Made by a program: the position numbers and the translations under genes. From positions 26,056-90,055 of the forward strand of contig JADFUR010000008.1 of the NCBI GenBank assembly GCA_015222055.1: a stretch of 64,000 nt of DNA. Direction: 5' to 3'. This document shows positions 10,001 through 19,402 of the stretch, piece after piece (position 1 is the first letter of the stretch; each line of letters begins with the position of its first letter). The notes beneath the pieces are model-generated. The model did no database searches. It was not told the origin of the DNA and saw only the letters and a list, made by a program, of their open reading frames with translations. The DNA comes from Bacteroidota bacterium. GTDB lineage: Bacteria > Bacteroidota > Bacteroidia > Bacteroidales > B39-G9.

Positions 10001-10424
10001 CTTAGAATTGTTATTCCCAGACAACTATATTTCAAATATAAGCGAACGAATAAAACTATATAGGGAATTAGACAACATTGATAGCGAAGAAAATTTATTA
10101 GAATTTGAAAATAAGTTAAAAGATCGTTTTGGGAAAATACCAACTCAAAGCAAAGAATTATTAAATGTTGTACGCTTACGTTGGATTGCCACTAAACTTG
10201 GAATTGAAAAAATTATACTTAAGAATAATAAAATGATAGTTTATTTTATCTCAAACCAAAATTCACCTTTCTATCAATCAGATATGTTCATGTCGATTCT
10301 TAATTTTGTAAAAACACAACAAAAAAATTGTAAGATGCAAGAAAAAAACAACAAACTTTCTCTTACCTCTGTAAACATTCAAAATATTTCTCATGCAATA
10401 TCAACATTACAAAAAATTGTATAG
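7035..10424 (+). CDS. mfd: Transcription-repair coupling factor Mfd
   Basis: 1129 aa. The CarD-like segment is GDYVVHIDHGIGRFGGL. Helicase motifs are GDVGFGKTE, IIDEEQKFG, LTATPIPRT and QLRGRVGRS. The start overlaps the DUF1987 gene by 23 nt. Confidence 0.95.
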   Translation: MELKTKINSQKLQSSKIFKLFSQHPFIGSITKQLEDQTSSNIHLIGLKGSLQSIICAQTFLNYKNTYLVILSDKEEAAYFYNDLTQLINDKNVLFFPSSYKRSIQYKQLETSNIVIKTEVLNKISSSKNVIIVTYPEAIVEKVITKSNLKKNTLQLNVGEKVSIDFINDVLNEYNFERTDFVYKPGQFSIRGSIIDVFSFSDENPFRIDFFGDEVETIRSFDVENQLSKESLKKIRIIPNIQTEDVSDKWESLFDFISKKSVIFTNNVQFIADRLDSIYNKTLADIDNSPKIKQQIIDGQSLIKKLQSFSIIEFNKKNYFEPNLKIDFNSSIQPNFNKNLELLSDNIYENILKGYKIFIISENEKQILRLNSIFKEINSDIIFTPLNINLHEGFIDNDLKACYYTDHQIFNRYHKFTLRSNFIKKQSVSINTITDLQPGDYVVHIDHGIGRFGGLEKIETNGKTQETIKLIYKDNDILYVSIHSLHRISKYKGKESSPPKIYKLGSGAWQKIKLSTKKKVKDIAKDLISLYAKRKQQVGFQFSPDSYMNRELEASFIYEDTPDQNKATQKVREDMESNIPMDRLICGDVGFGKTEIAIRAAFKAVSDNKQVAILVPTTILALQHFSTFSERLKKFPCTIDYLNRLKTAKVQKDTIKKLEEGKVDIIIGTHRLLSKDIKFKDLGLFIIDEEQKFGVSAKERLKQFKINVDTLTLTATPIPRTLQFSLMGARDLSIINTPPPNRHPILTELYTFSEDLIKEAITYEVDRNGQVFFINNNIKNIEEIKILINRICPNVRTMVAHGQMKGTELESKMFDFIYGKYDVLIATTIIESGIDIPNANTIIINNAQNYGLSDLHQLRGRVGRSNKKAFCYLLAPPLSVLSNDARRRLSAIENYSELGSGLNIALQDLDIRGAGNMLGGEQSGFIADIGFETYNKILNEAIQELKETEFKNQFTNENSHEQIIKTQSEFKKSELDNFVFVKDCHIDTDLELLFPDNYISNISERIKLYRELDNIDSEENLLEFENKLKDRFGKIPTQSKELLNVVRLRWIATKLGIEKIILKNNKMIVYFISNQNSPFYQSDMFMSILNFVKTQQKNCKMQEKNNKLSLTSVNIQNISHAISTLQKIV

Positions 10425-10524
10425 CTAATAAACAACTAATTTGAAAAAAAATTAATATCATAAAACATTTTTGCTATTTTTGTAAAGAATTACTAATTAA
10501 TAATATTTATCAAAAATATTTATT

Positions 10525-11025
10525 ATGGAATTACATAATAATAAAAATATTTTAGATCTATTTATATATGATTTGTCAAAATTTTTTATTGATGAGGATT
10601 ACGAGCAAATATCTTGTGAAGAGATTCAAGGTCTTTTTATGATTGAGTATGAAAAGACTTTACCTTGGACTGAATTAAACATTTTCGACAAATTACGTTT
10701 TCGCGTTTTTAATGACAAACAAAATATAATAGGAAGTAATCATATTAATGCCACTTTATTAAATGATGGTATTATTCTCACAAATCTTGAAGTAAAAAAT
10801 GTTGTTAACAAATTGCATGAAATTTATGGAAAAGATGATAATAATAAAAGAGAATGGTCTCAAGAAGATGAAATAGATTACATCGAAAATATATTTTGTA
10901 GAGTTTGGACATTAGGTGATGGCATTGATGTATACTCTATAACATTAACTATAAGTCCTCAAAAACAATTAATGTTAAGTATCTTATTTTTCACAAACTT
11001 GCTAAAACAAACGAACAAGCTATAA
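10525..11025 (+). CDS. Hypothetical cytoplasmic protein (orphan)
   Basis: A 166-aa ORF with no signal peptide and no motif I recognise. TATTTTTG (10475-10482) lies upstream, fitting TAnnTTTG. Confidence 0.5.
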   Translation: MELHNNKNILDLFIYDLSKFFIDEDYEQISCEEIQGLFMIEYEKTLPWTELNIFDKLRFRVFNDKQNIIGSNHINATLLNDGIILTNLEVKNVVNKLHEIYGKDDNNKREWSQEDEIDYIENIFCRVWTLGDGIDVYSITLTISPQKQLMLSILFFTNLLKQTNKL

Positions 11026-11152
11026 CTTTTTTTTAAATTAAAATAGTTATTCATATCACTTGACATGACAGAAAATAATAAAATTCCGATTAGCTCCTTT
11101 TCATTCAGGAAAAAATATTAAATTTTATCTCTACTAAAAAGGCATTATATAA

Positions 11153-11884
11153 ATGAATCTTTTATTCGACTTTGGAAATACTAACACAAAAATTGCTGTT
11201 TATAAAGGCAACATATTAGTCGAGGCTGAAACATTTAAAGAACTTAATATTAATGATATAAAAAAATTAGAATATTTCTCTTCTATTAATAATGTAATTT
11301 TATCATCTGTTGTTTATTATAAAGATGAAATAAAAAATTACCTAAAAAATAATTTTAATAATTTTATTGAACTTAATTCAGAAACACAAACTCCTATTGA
11401 GTTAAGATACAAAAACAAACAATATTTAGGCAACGACAGAATAGCAACAGCAGTAGGTGCAAACAATATTTTCCCAAACACCAACGTTCTTGTAATTGAT
11501 TTTGGTACCGCTATAACTTTTGACTTAATAAATAGCAAGAATCAATTTATTGGTGGAAATATCTCACCTGGAGTTTCTCTAAGGTTTGAATCACTTAGCA
11601 AGCATACAAAAAAGTTGCCATTAGTACAAAAAGATAAAAATTTTGAATTAATTGGCTCTGACACAAAGAGTGCGATATTATTTGGTGTGGAAAATGGCAT
11701 ATTATTTGAGGTAGAAGGTTATATAAACAAATTACAAAAACAATTTAAACCTCTGAAAGTTATATTAACTGGTGGAGACGCTTTTTTATTTGAAAGAATA
11801 ATAAAAAAACCCATCTTTGTAGAATCAAATTTATTATTTCACGGATTAAATAGAATCTTAAATTACAATGTTAAAAACAATTAG
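11153..11884 (+). CDS. coaX: Type III pantothenate kinase
   Basis: MNLLFDFGNTNTKIAVY, VIDFGTAITFD and ..ILTGGDA are the ASKHA-fold CoaX motifs. Length is 243 aa. Confidence 0.9.
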   Translation: MNLLFDFGNTNTKIAVYKGNILVEAETFKELNINDIKKLEYFSSINNVILSSVVYYKDEIKNYLKNNFNNFIELNSETQTPIELRYKNKQYLGNDRIATAVGANNIFPNTNVLVIDFGTAITFDLINSKNQFIGGNISPGVSLRFESLSKHTKKLPLVQKDKNFELIGSDTKSAILFGVENGILFEVEGYINKLQKQFKPLKVILTGGDAFLFERIIKKPIFVESNLLFHGLNRILNYNVKNN

Positions 11885-13154
11885 AATACTTTTCTCAACA
11901 ATGCTTTTACTGGCAAGCCTAAATCTTTTAGGACAAAATAATACAAGCTCACCTTACTCGCAATTTGGGATTGGAGATCTTGCTAACAAAGGTTTTGGTC
12001 AAAATTATGCAATGGGAGGAACAGGAATAGGTATGCGCTCAAATTTTAATCAAAACAATATTAATCCAGCGTCGCTAAGTTCACTTTCAATACAACGTTT
12101 TAAACTCCAAATAGGAGTAAAAAGTCAAACCACAAAATTCGAAACGTCAAATGCAAAAACAACTCGCAATGATATCAATCTTGATTACTTATCAATGTGG
12201 TTTAGAGTTTCAAAATGGTGGTATTCAAGCTTTAGCATCAATCCTTTTAGCAATGTAGGTTACAATATTTTAGATGCACAGAACTATACAAATATTGGAA
12301 ATGTCGAAACCTATTTTGTTGGTTCAGGTGGAATTAATCAATTTAATTGGAGTAATTCCTTTCAATTTTTCAAACATTTTTCTGTAGGAATAAACGCATC
12401 ATATCTACTTGGATCTTTAGATCAAACTCGAACAGTTCTCTTTATTGACGATCCTCTGACAACTAATAGTCAATTCGAAAAAAATATTAACATAAATGAT
12501 TTTTATTTCAATTATGGAATGCAATATTATAACAAACTTAATGAAGATTATTCATACACATTGGGATTTACCTTTGACAACAAAACTGAAATTGATGTAA
12601 AAAATAATATATTATCCGGTTCAACCCATGGTAGTTATACCAATTCAATTTATGATAATATTTTAATTGATACTCTTGAAAACGTAAAAGATCAAAAAGA
12701 TTCTTTTACAATACCTACAAATTTAGGTGTGGGGTTTAGTATTACAAAAAACGATAAATTTATTTTTGCTGCTGATTACACAAGTCAAAATTGGTCTTCA
12801 ACAAAATTTTTAGGGAAATCAGATTCTTTGGTAAACAGCAATTCTTTTAAATTTGGTATAGAATATACACCACAAAGGAACTCAATTACTCATGCATATA
12901 AAAGATTTCATTATCGTTTTGGTGGTCATTATTCAAACACTTATTTAAATATTTATAATAAACAATTACAAGATTATGGTATTAGTTTTGGACTTGGTAT
13001 TCCATTGAAAAAGACAAATACATTATTAAATTTATCATTTGAGTTAGGACAAAGAGGCACATTAGATAATAATTTAATAAAAGAAAACTATGGAATTATA
13101 AGATTAAATTTATCTTTGTCAGATATTTGGTTTATAAAACGTAAATTTGATTAA
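11868..13154 (+). CDS. Putative outer-membrane beta-barrel protein
   Basis: Signal peptide MLKTIRILFSTMLLLASLNLLGQ, alternating amphipathic strands rich in Y/F/G/N, and an aromatic-rich C-terminus (..SDIWFIKRKFD). It overlaps the coaX stop. Confidence 0.7.
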   Translation: MLKTIRILFSTMLLLASLNLLGQNNTSSPYSQFGIGDLANKGFGQNYAMGGTGIGMRSNFNQNNINPASLSSLSIQRFKLQIGVKSQTTKFETSNAKTTRNDINLDYLSMWFRVSKWWYSSFSINPFSNVGYNILDAQNYTNIGNVETYFVGSGGINQFNWSNSFQFFKHFSVGINASYLLGSLDQTRTVLFIDDPLTTNSQFEKNININDFYFNYGMQYYNKLNEDYSYTLGFTFDNKTEIDVKNNILSGSTHGSYTNSIYDNILIDTLENVKDQKDSFTIPTNLGVGFSITKNDKFIFAADYTSQNWSSTKFLGKSDSLVNSNSFKFGIEYTPQRNSITHAYKRFHYRFGGHYSNTYLNIYNKQLQDYGISFGLGIPLKKTNTLLNLSFELGQRGTLDNNLIKENYGIIRLNLSLSDIWFIKRKFD

Positions 13155-13166
13155 ATTTTTATAAAA

Positions 13167-14507
13167 ATGAAAACGACAGTAATAAAATTAATTTTAGTAT
13201 TTATTTTAAGTGCATTTATTAATAATGCATTTTCTCAACATGTACATGAAAACCCAAAGTTTGGCTCAGACAGTGCTTCTAGAGTAGAGTGTGCAAAAAA
13301 CATTTCTTTATATACAGAATTTTACAAACAAAAAAATTTCAACGATGCCGTAAAACCTTGGAGGTATGTTTTTCAGAATGCTCCATTAGCTAGCAAAAAC
13401 ACCTATATTAAAGGAGCATCAATTTTTAAACATATAATCAATGCTGAAAAAAATATTGAATTAAGAAATAAACATATTGACACTCTTCTAATGATTTATG
13501 ACCAAAGAATTCAAAATTTTAACCAAAAAGGTTCCGTAACAGGTCGAAAAGGTGTTGATTTATTTAAATTTTCAAAAGATAGAGAAGAAGAAGCTTATAA
13601 ATATCTTTTAGAATCTCTAACGATACAAAATGAAAAAACAGATCCTATTACAATTAATTATTTAATGCAAGCAACATACAACCTATTTAAAAAGGAAATA
13701 ATAACTAAAGATGCTGTTATTAACAACTACACAAAATCAATTGATGCTCTAAGCTATGTAATAAAGAACGAAAAAAAACCTAAAAAAATAGAAAAAGCTA
13801 AAACTATTATGAGTAATTGCGAAGGGTTATTCTCTGATAGTGGAGCGGCTGACTGTGAAGCTTTAATATCATTATTTACACCTATATTCAACGAGTCACC
13901 CGAAGATGTTGATTTATTAAAAAAAATAACGAAACTGCTTAACAAAACAGAATGTGTTAATTGTAAATTGTTTCAAGAGACATCAGTAAATCTTTACAAA
14001 TTGGAGCCTTCAGCTGATGCAGCTTATAATTTGTCAAAATTATTCCTGAAAAAAGAAAAAATTTCAAATTCTTCTTATTATTATAAAGAAGCTATTAATC
14101 TTGAAGAAGACAGCACTGTTAAAGCAAAATACTATTATGAGTTGGGATTATTAACAAACTCACAAGGAAATCCTGAATTAGCAAGGAATTATGCTTACAA
14201 TGCAATAAAATTCAATCCTAAAAACGGGAATCCTTATATTTTAATCGGTAAAGCATATGCTTCAGCTTCTAAAAACATCGGTGACGATGAGTTTTCACAT
14301 AAAACTGTTTATTGGGTAGCCGTTGACAAATTTATTAAAGCGAAAAAAGTTGATCCTTCGCTAACTAAACAAGTAAATGAATTAGTTAAAACATACTCAC
14401 AATATTTTCCTGACAAAGAAGCTGCTTTCTTTCATGAAGTTCAAGAGGGGAATCCTTATACTGTTGAAGGTTGGATAAACGAAAAAACAATTGCTCGTTT
14501 TAATTAA
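13167..14507 (+). CDS. Secreted TPR-like repeat protein
   Basis: Signal peptide MKTTVIKLILVFILSAFINNAFSQ, then helical repeats with TPR-like A/Y/L spacing (..AKYYYELGLL..ARNYAYNAIKFNPKNGNPYILIGKAY..). Confidence 0.7.
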   Translation: MKTTVIKLILVFILSAFINNAFSQHVHENPKFGSDSASRVECAKNISLYTEFYKQKNFNDAVKPWRYVFQNAPLASKNTYIKGASIFKHIINAEKNIELRNKHIDTLLMIYDQRIQNFNQKGSVTGRKGVDLFKFSKDREEEAYKYLLESLTIQNEKTDPITINYLMQATYNLFKKEIITKDAVINNYTKSIDALSYVIKNEKKPKKIEKAKTIMSNCEGLFSDSGAADCEALISLFTPIFNESPEDVDLLKKITKLLNKTECVNCKLFQETSVNLYKLEPSADAAYNLSKLFLKKEKISNSSYYYKEAINLEEDSTVKAKYYYELGLLTNSQGNPELARNYAYNAIKFNPKNGNPYILIGKAYASASKNIGDDEFSHKTVYWVAVDKFIKAKKVDPSLTKQVNELVKTYSQYFPDKEAAFFHEVQEGNPYTVEGWINEKTIARFN

Positions 14508-14521
14508 TATTCAAAAATAAA

Positions 14522-15115
14522 ATGCAAATTGACAATATTGTTAATTTTTTAAACTTTTCTAAGATAACAATTACTATAAAAAGCATTATACTTCCTATAA
14601 TTATAGGAAGTATAATGCTTTTTTCATGCAAAACAGATATTGAACAAATAAAAACTATCACTAGTTCCAGCGAAGCACCAATAATATCTGCAAAAAATAT
14701 TGAAATAATTTATAGTGATTCTGCTAAAATAAAAGTAAAACTTTTTGCTACTGAACTAAATCGTTTCAATCAAAAAGAAGAGCCATATACCGAATTTCCA
14801 AAAGGAATTGAAATTCTTTTTTATAACGATTCCCAACAAATTGATGCGTCAATAACTGCAAATTTTTCAAAATATTTTGAAAAAACAGAAATATGGGAAG
14901 CAAAAAATGATGTAGTTGTAATTAATAAAGAAAATGAAAAATTGAATACAGAATATTTAATCTGGGATAAAAGAAAGGCGACTATTTACACTCATGAATT
15001 TGTAAAGATATCATCTAAAGATGGGGTGTTTTATGGTCAAGGACTTAAAGCAAAACAAGACTTATCTAGTTGGGAAATATTAAAACCTAAAGGAATAATT
15101 GATGTTAAAAACTAA
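14522..15115 (+). CDS. lptC: LptC-family lipoprotein (LPS export, periplasmic component)
   Basis: Lipobox ..IMLFSC, and an OstA/LptC-like beta-jellyroll pattern ending ..LNTEYLIWDKRKATIYTHEFVKISSKDGVFYGQGLKAKQDLSSWEILKPKGII. The position before the hemolysin-like and ppiD genes is the conserved one. Confidence 0.65.
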   Translation: MQIDNIVNFLNFSKITITIKSIILPIIIGSIMLFSCKTDIEQIKTITSSSEAPIISAKNIEIIYSDSAKIKVKLFATELNRFNQKEEPYTEFPKGIEILFYNDSQQIDASITANFSKYFEKTEIWEAKNDVVVINKENEKLNTEYLIWDKRKATIYTHEFVKISSKDGVFYGQGLKAKQDLSSWEILKPKGIIDVKN

Positions 15116-15154
15116 ACGATTAATTTTAAACTTAGAAAATTAAATTAACAAATA

Positions 15155-15352
15155 ATGAAAAAACATTTTACGTTCATTTTGCAAATATTATGGCTAATTG
15201 TGTCCATACTAAGTCTTTTTGCAGGCGTTCATAAAACATATTATTCAAATTTCAAAGAAAGCTACCTGTTTTTTATATTTACAATAATAGCTTTGTTCAT
15301 GTATTTTTATCGTAAAAATTTGAGAAAAACACAAAAAAACAATACAAAATAA
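15155..15352 (+). CDS. Small membrane protein (2 TM helices)
   Basis: A 65-aa ORF with two hydrophobic helices and a basic tail, packed tightly between lptC and the next gene. Confidence 0.45.
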   Translation: MKKHFTFILQILWLIVSILSLFAGVHKTYYSNFKESYLFFIFTIIALFMYFYRKNLRKTQKNNTK

Positions 15353-15372
15353 AATATTTTTTATAATAAAAA

Positions 15373-16635
15373 ATGAGTAATATTATAATAATTCTTGTTT
15401 CGCTTCTTTTGTCTGCATTTTTTTCTGGAATGGAGATGGCATTTATTTCATCAAATAAATTAAAAATTGAATTGGACAAAAAACAAGGTCTTTTCTCTGC
15501 CAATATTATTTCAATTTTCACAGATCATCCAACACATTATATAGCTACAATGTTGATTGGGAACACTTTTGCATTAGTTACTTATGGCGTTTTCATGGCA
15601 CGAATTCTTAAGCCATTAATTTTTTTATTTACAGAATCTGAAATATCTATTTTGTTAATTCAAACTCTAATATCTACTTTAATAATACTCTTAACTGCTG
15701 AATTTATTCCTAAAACATTATTCAGAATTAATCCAAATAAAATTCTTAAATTTTTTTCAGGTCCTGTTATAATATTTTACTATTTGTTTTATCCAATAAC
15801 ACATTTCACCATACTATTTTCTAATAATTTTTTAAGGTTTGTTTTTAAAATAAAAATCACCGAAGACGAAACAAAAGTTTCATTCGGCAAAATGGATTTA
15901 AACAATTTAATTGACGAAAACAAAAATGTTAATAATGAAGATATAGAAATTGAACATGATATAAAAATTTTCAAAAACGCACTTGATTTCTCTAATGTAA
16001 AACTTCGCGAATGTATAATGCCAAGAAACGAAATTGTTGCATTAGACATAAAAGATTCCATTGAGGCTCTTAATCAAAAATTTATAAATACAGGCTACTC
16101 CAAAATATTAATTTACAATGGAACCATTGATAATATAATTGGATATACTCACTCTTCAGAATTATTCAAAAATCCCAGTTCGATTAAAGACATGATTCAT
16201 AAAATACCCATAGTTCCTGAAACTATGCCTGCAAATAAATTACTTTCTTCATTTATAAAAAACCATAAAAGCATTGCCTTAGTTGTTGACGAATTTGGGG
16301 GCACTTCAGGCATGGTAACAATTGAAGATATAATGGAAGAAATTTTTGGTGAGATAGAAGATGAACACGATTCCACCGATCTTATTGACACAAAAATTGA
16401 CGAAAAAGAATATCTCTTTTCGGGTAGATTGGAAATTGATTATATTAATGAAAAATATGGATTAAGACTACCTCAAAATGAAGATTACGAAACTGTTGCA
16501 GGACTTATATTGTCTAAACTTGAGGAGATTCCAAAAATAAATGATAATATTAAAATTGATATTTATAACATCAAAATTCTTAAAGTAAGTCTAACACGAA
16601 TAGAATTAATAAAATTATTTATTGAAAATAAATAA
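15373..16635 (+). CDS. CNNM/hemolysin-family membrane protein (DUF21 TM domain, CBS pair, CorC_HlyC domain; GldE-like)
   Basis: The N-terminus LLLSAFFSGMEMAFIS is the DUF21 signature. A CBS-pair region follows (..IMPRNEIVALD..). The C-terminus ..VDEFGGTSGMVTIEDIMEEIFGEIEDEHD.. and the CorC tail are present. Confidence 0.85.
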   Translation: MSNIIIILVSLLLSAFFSGMEMAFISSNKLKIELDKKQGLFSANIISIFTDHPTHYIATMLIGNTFALVTYGVFMARILKPLIFLFTESEISILLIQTLISTLIILLTAEFIPKTLFRINPNKILKFFSGPVIIFYYLFYPITHFTILFSNNFLRFVFKIKITEDETKVSFGKMDLNNLIDENKNVNNEDIEIEHDIKIFKNALDFSNVKLRECIMPRNEIVALDIKDSIEALNQKFINTGYSKILIYNGTIDNIIGYTHSSELFKNPSSIKDMIHKIPIVPETMPANKLLSSFIKNHKSIALVVDEFGGTSGMVTIEDIMEEIFGEIEDEHDSTDLIDTKIDEKEYLFSGRLEIDYINEKYGLRLPQNEDYETVAGLILSKLEEIPKINDNIKIDIYNIKILKVSLTRIELIKLFIENK

Positions 16636-16701
16636 AAAATCTCTCAAAAAATTATAAACTTAACCTTATATTTGCCAACTAATAATGAAATTAAATGTAA
16701 A

Positions 16702-16721
16702 TTTTATTATCTTCGTAAATT
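16702..16721 (+). promoter_or_regulatory. 20-nt motif TTTTATTATCTTCGTAAATT upstream of ppiD (identical copy at 35414..35433)
   Basis: An exact 20-mer is shared with the region upstream of the acyltransferase gene at 35449. It contains TATCTTCG, a TAnnTTnG-like -7 box, and lies 38 nt before the ATG at 16759. Confidence 0.4.
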
Positions 16722-16758
16722 CAAAAAAATTAGATAAAACAAAAAATTAAATTAAAAA

Positions 16759-18867
16759 ATGGCCACATTACAAAACATAAGAAATAGAGCAGGTGTATTA
16801 GTTGCAGTAGTTATTGGTATAGCCCTATTAGCATTCATCCTAGGTGATATGTTAAAATCAGGACGTTCAATGTTTTCAGGTTCACAAAATGAAATTGCAA
16901 ACGTAGCAGGGAAGTCAATTCCGGTTCAACTATATCAACAAAAAGTTGAAGAAGCAACAGAAAACTACAAAAGAAACACAAATAAATCAGCACTTGACGA
17001 AGAAACAAGTGAAAGAATAAGACAACAAACATGGAATGATTTAATAAGAGAATATGTAATGAAAAAAGAATATTCAGAGCTTGGTGTTTCAGTAAGCCCT
17101 GATGAGCTTTTTGACATGGTTCAGGGTAATAATATTATTCCTGAAATAAAAGGAATTCCAGTTTTTCAAAATAGAACAACCGGTCAGTTTGATCGTTCAT
17201 TAGTAATTCAATTTTTAAAAAATATTGACCAAGACCTTTCTGGAAAAGCAAGACAAAGCTGGATAGCTTTTGAAAAAGTAATATTACAAAATAGACTTAA
17301 CGACAAATATAACAACTTAATAAAAAAAGGATTATTTGTTACTAATCAAGAAGCTAAAACAGAAACTCAGGAAAGAAACAACGAGGCAGATATTGACTAT
17401 ATCCTTATGAGATATAACTCAATTAGTGATAGTTCTATAAGCATTAATGATGACGATATTTCAGATTATTATGATGCTCATATTAATGAATTTAAGCAAG
17501 ATGCTTCTTGCGATATTTCTTACATAACATTTGCTATTGAACCTTCAAAAAAAGACAAAGAATTAGCACAAAAATGGGTTAACGATATTGTTTTAGATTT
17601 CAAAAACACTGAAGATGATGTGCAATTTGTTAACCTGAATGGCGATACTCATTTTGACCATTCATTTAATGTGAAAAAAGATATTCATTCACAAATTGCT
17701 TCATTTGCATTTAGTGCAAAAGTAGGAGACATTTATGGACCATATCTTGAAAACGGAGCATACAAATTATCTAAGCTAAGTAAAATTGCATATTTACCAG
17801 ATTCTGTTAATACTCGTCATATTTTAATTGCTCAGGATAAAAATACTGGTAATTTTTCAAAAGCAGAAGCTTTAATTGACAGTTTAAAAACACTAATTAA
17901 ACACGGAAAAAGTTTTGTTGATTTAGCAAAAAAATATTCAGAAGATCAAGGTTCTGCTGATAAAGGTGGCGATTTAGGTTGGCTTCAAGAAAATTCTATT
18001 AGCAAAGCTTTTAGCGATTCTTGTTTTTTTGCAAAAAAAGGTGATTTAGTTACTGTTAAAACACAATATGGGGTTCATTTAATTGAGATACTTGACCAAA
18101 GTAAAAAATTTAAAAAAGTTCAAATAGCAACTCTTGACAGAAAAATTGAACCAAGCTCTGAAACATACCAACAAATTTACTCACTAGCAAGCAAATTTGC
18201 AGGTCTTTATAACACACAAGAAAAATTTGACGAAGCAGTTAAAAATCAAAATATAACAAAAAAAGTAGCTAACAACTTAAGAATAAATGACAAAAAAATA
18301 TCTGGTTTAGATTCTCCTCGAGAACTTGTAAAATGGGCTTTTAAAGCAGAAAAAGGGGAAGGTTCTCCTATATTTGAATTTGGCAATAAATTTGTTGTAG
18401 CAACATTAACTGATGTAAGAGAAGATGGTTTTGCTTCAATAGAGCAAGTAAAATCTGAAATTGAAATTGATGTAAAACGGGAGAAAAAATCTGAAAAATT
18501 AGTAGAACAGATTAATGAATTAAATAAAAAAAATATTAATGAATTGTCAAAAAGTCTAAATGCTGAAATAAAAACAGCAAAAGATATAAAATTCTCATCA
18601 TTTGGATTTCCAGGGCTTGGAGTAGAACCAAACCTAAATGCTACTGCAATTACACTTCCTAAAGACAAATTATCAGAACCAATTATAGGAAATAATGGAA
18701 TATATGTTATTGTAGTTAAGTCAATTAAAAAGCCTAACGAAAATTTAGATATTAACAAGGAAAAAGTATTTCTTACTCAAAATCTACTTAACCAAATTGA
18801 ATATCATTCATATGAAGCTTTAAAAGAAAATTCAAATATTAAAGACAGCCGATCAAAATTCTATTAG
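16759..18867 (+). CDS. ppiD: PpiD/SurA-like periplasmic chaperone with a parvulin PPIase domain
   Basis: N-terminal anchor MATLQNIRNRAGVLVAVVIGIALLAFILGD, and a parvulin core TRHILIA..GGDLGW..QYGVHLIEI. Length is 702 aa. Confidence 0.85.
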   Translation: MATLQNIRNRAGVLVAVVIGIALLAFILGDMLKSGRSMFSGSQNEIANVAGKSIPVQLYQQKVEEATENYKRNTNKSALDEETSERIRQQTWNDLIREYVMKKEYSELGVSVSPDELFDMVQGNNIIPEIKGIPVFQNRTTGQFDRSLVIQFLKNIDQDLSGKARQSWIAFEKVILQNRLNDKYNNLIKKGLFVTNQEAKTETQERNNEADIDYILMRYNSISDSSISINDDDISDYYDAHINEFKQDASCDISYITFAIEPSKKDKELAQKWVNDIVLDFKNTEDDVQFVNLNGDTHFDHSFNVKKDIHSQIASFAFSAKVGDIYGPYLENGAYKLSKLSKIAYLPDSVNTRHILIAQDKNTGNFSKAEALIDSLKTLIKHGKSFVDLAKKYSEDQGSADKGGDLGWLQENSISKAFSDSCFFAKKGDLVTVKTQYGVHLIEILDQSKKFKKVQIATLDRKIEPSSETYQQIYSLASKFAGLYNTQEKFDEAVKNQNITKKVANNLRINDKKISGLDSPRELVKWAFKAEKGEGSPIFEFGNKFVVATLTDVREDGFASIEQVKSEIEIDVKREKKSEKLVEQINELNKKNINELSKSLNAEIKTAKDIKFSSFGFPGLGVEPNLNATAITLPKDKLSEPIIGNNGIYVIVVKSIKKPNENLDINKEKVFLTQNLLNQIEYHSYEALKENSNIKDSRSKFY

Positions 18868-18880
18868 CATATAATATTTC

Positions 18881-18925
18881 AAAAAAAAAATTAGACTAGC
18901 CTTTCGGTAGTCTAATTTTTTTTTT
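18881..18925. terminator. Bidirectional rho-independent terminator between convergent ppiD and yqeY
   Basis: An A10 run, then stem TTAGACTA (18891-18898) pairing with TAGTCTAA (18908-18915) around a GCCTTTCGG loop, then a T-run (18916-18925). Confidence 0.75.
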
Positions 18926-18938
18926 GAAATATTTCTTC

Positions 18939-19385
18939 TTAAGACAATAAAGCCTTTACCTTTTCTGCAATAATTTTCCCTTCGGCCTGTCCTGATAACT
19001 TTTTGCTAGCAATACCCATAATTTTTCCCATATCCTTTATTGATGATGCTCCAACACTTAAAATAATTTCATTTATTTCTTTCGTCAATTCATCGTCAGT
19101 CATTTGCTTTGGCAAGTAAACTTGAATAATGTCGGCCTGAAAAACTTCTATTTCATACAACTCATTTCTATTTTGTTGTATATATATATCCGCAGATTCT
19201 CTTCGTTGCTTAACAAGACGCTGTAAAATTTTTATTTCTTCTTCTTTAGTCAATTCAGAAGAAACTCCTTTTGTTTTTTCTATTAGCAAAGCTGATTTTA
19301 CAGCTCTTAATGCTTCTAGCTTTGCCTTTTCTCTGGCAAGCATAGCTTTTTTAATGTCTTCAGTAATTTGTTCAAATAAGCTCAT
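18939..19385 (-). CDS. GatB/YqeY domain protein
   Basis: A 148-aa helical protein (MSLFEQITEDIKKAMLAREKAKLEALRAVKSAL..). Its position immediately downstream of ftsZ is typical. Confidence 0.8.
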   Translation of the reverse strand: MSLFEQITEDIKKAMLAREKAKLEALRAVKSALLIEKTKGVSSELTKEEEIKILQRLVKQRRESADIYIQQNRNELYEIEVFQADIIQVYLPKQMTDDELTKEINEIILSVGASSIKDMGKIMGIASKKLSGQAEGKIIAEKVKALLS

Positions 19386-19402
19386 ATCATATTATTTTAA
19401 AA

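Noticed and set aside
18246-18758. A 170-aa ORF antisense to ppiD. Similar long antisense ORFs occur at 54336..54770 (in aroB), 38102..38485 (in the beta-helix cargo gene) and 19695..20024 (in ftsZ).
   Set aside because: Each lies entirely inside a confidently identified gene on the other strand. Each has low-complexity, Ser/Phe/Ile-rich composition typical of antisense frames in AT-rich DNA, with no start context or motifs.
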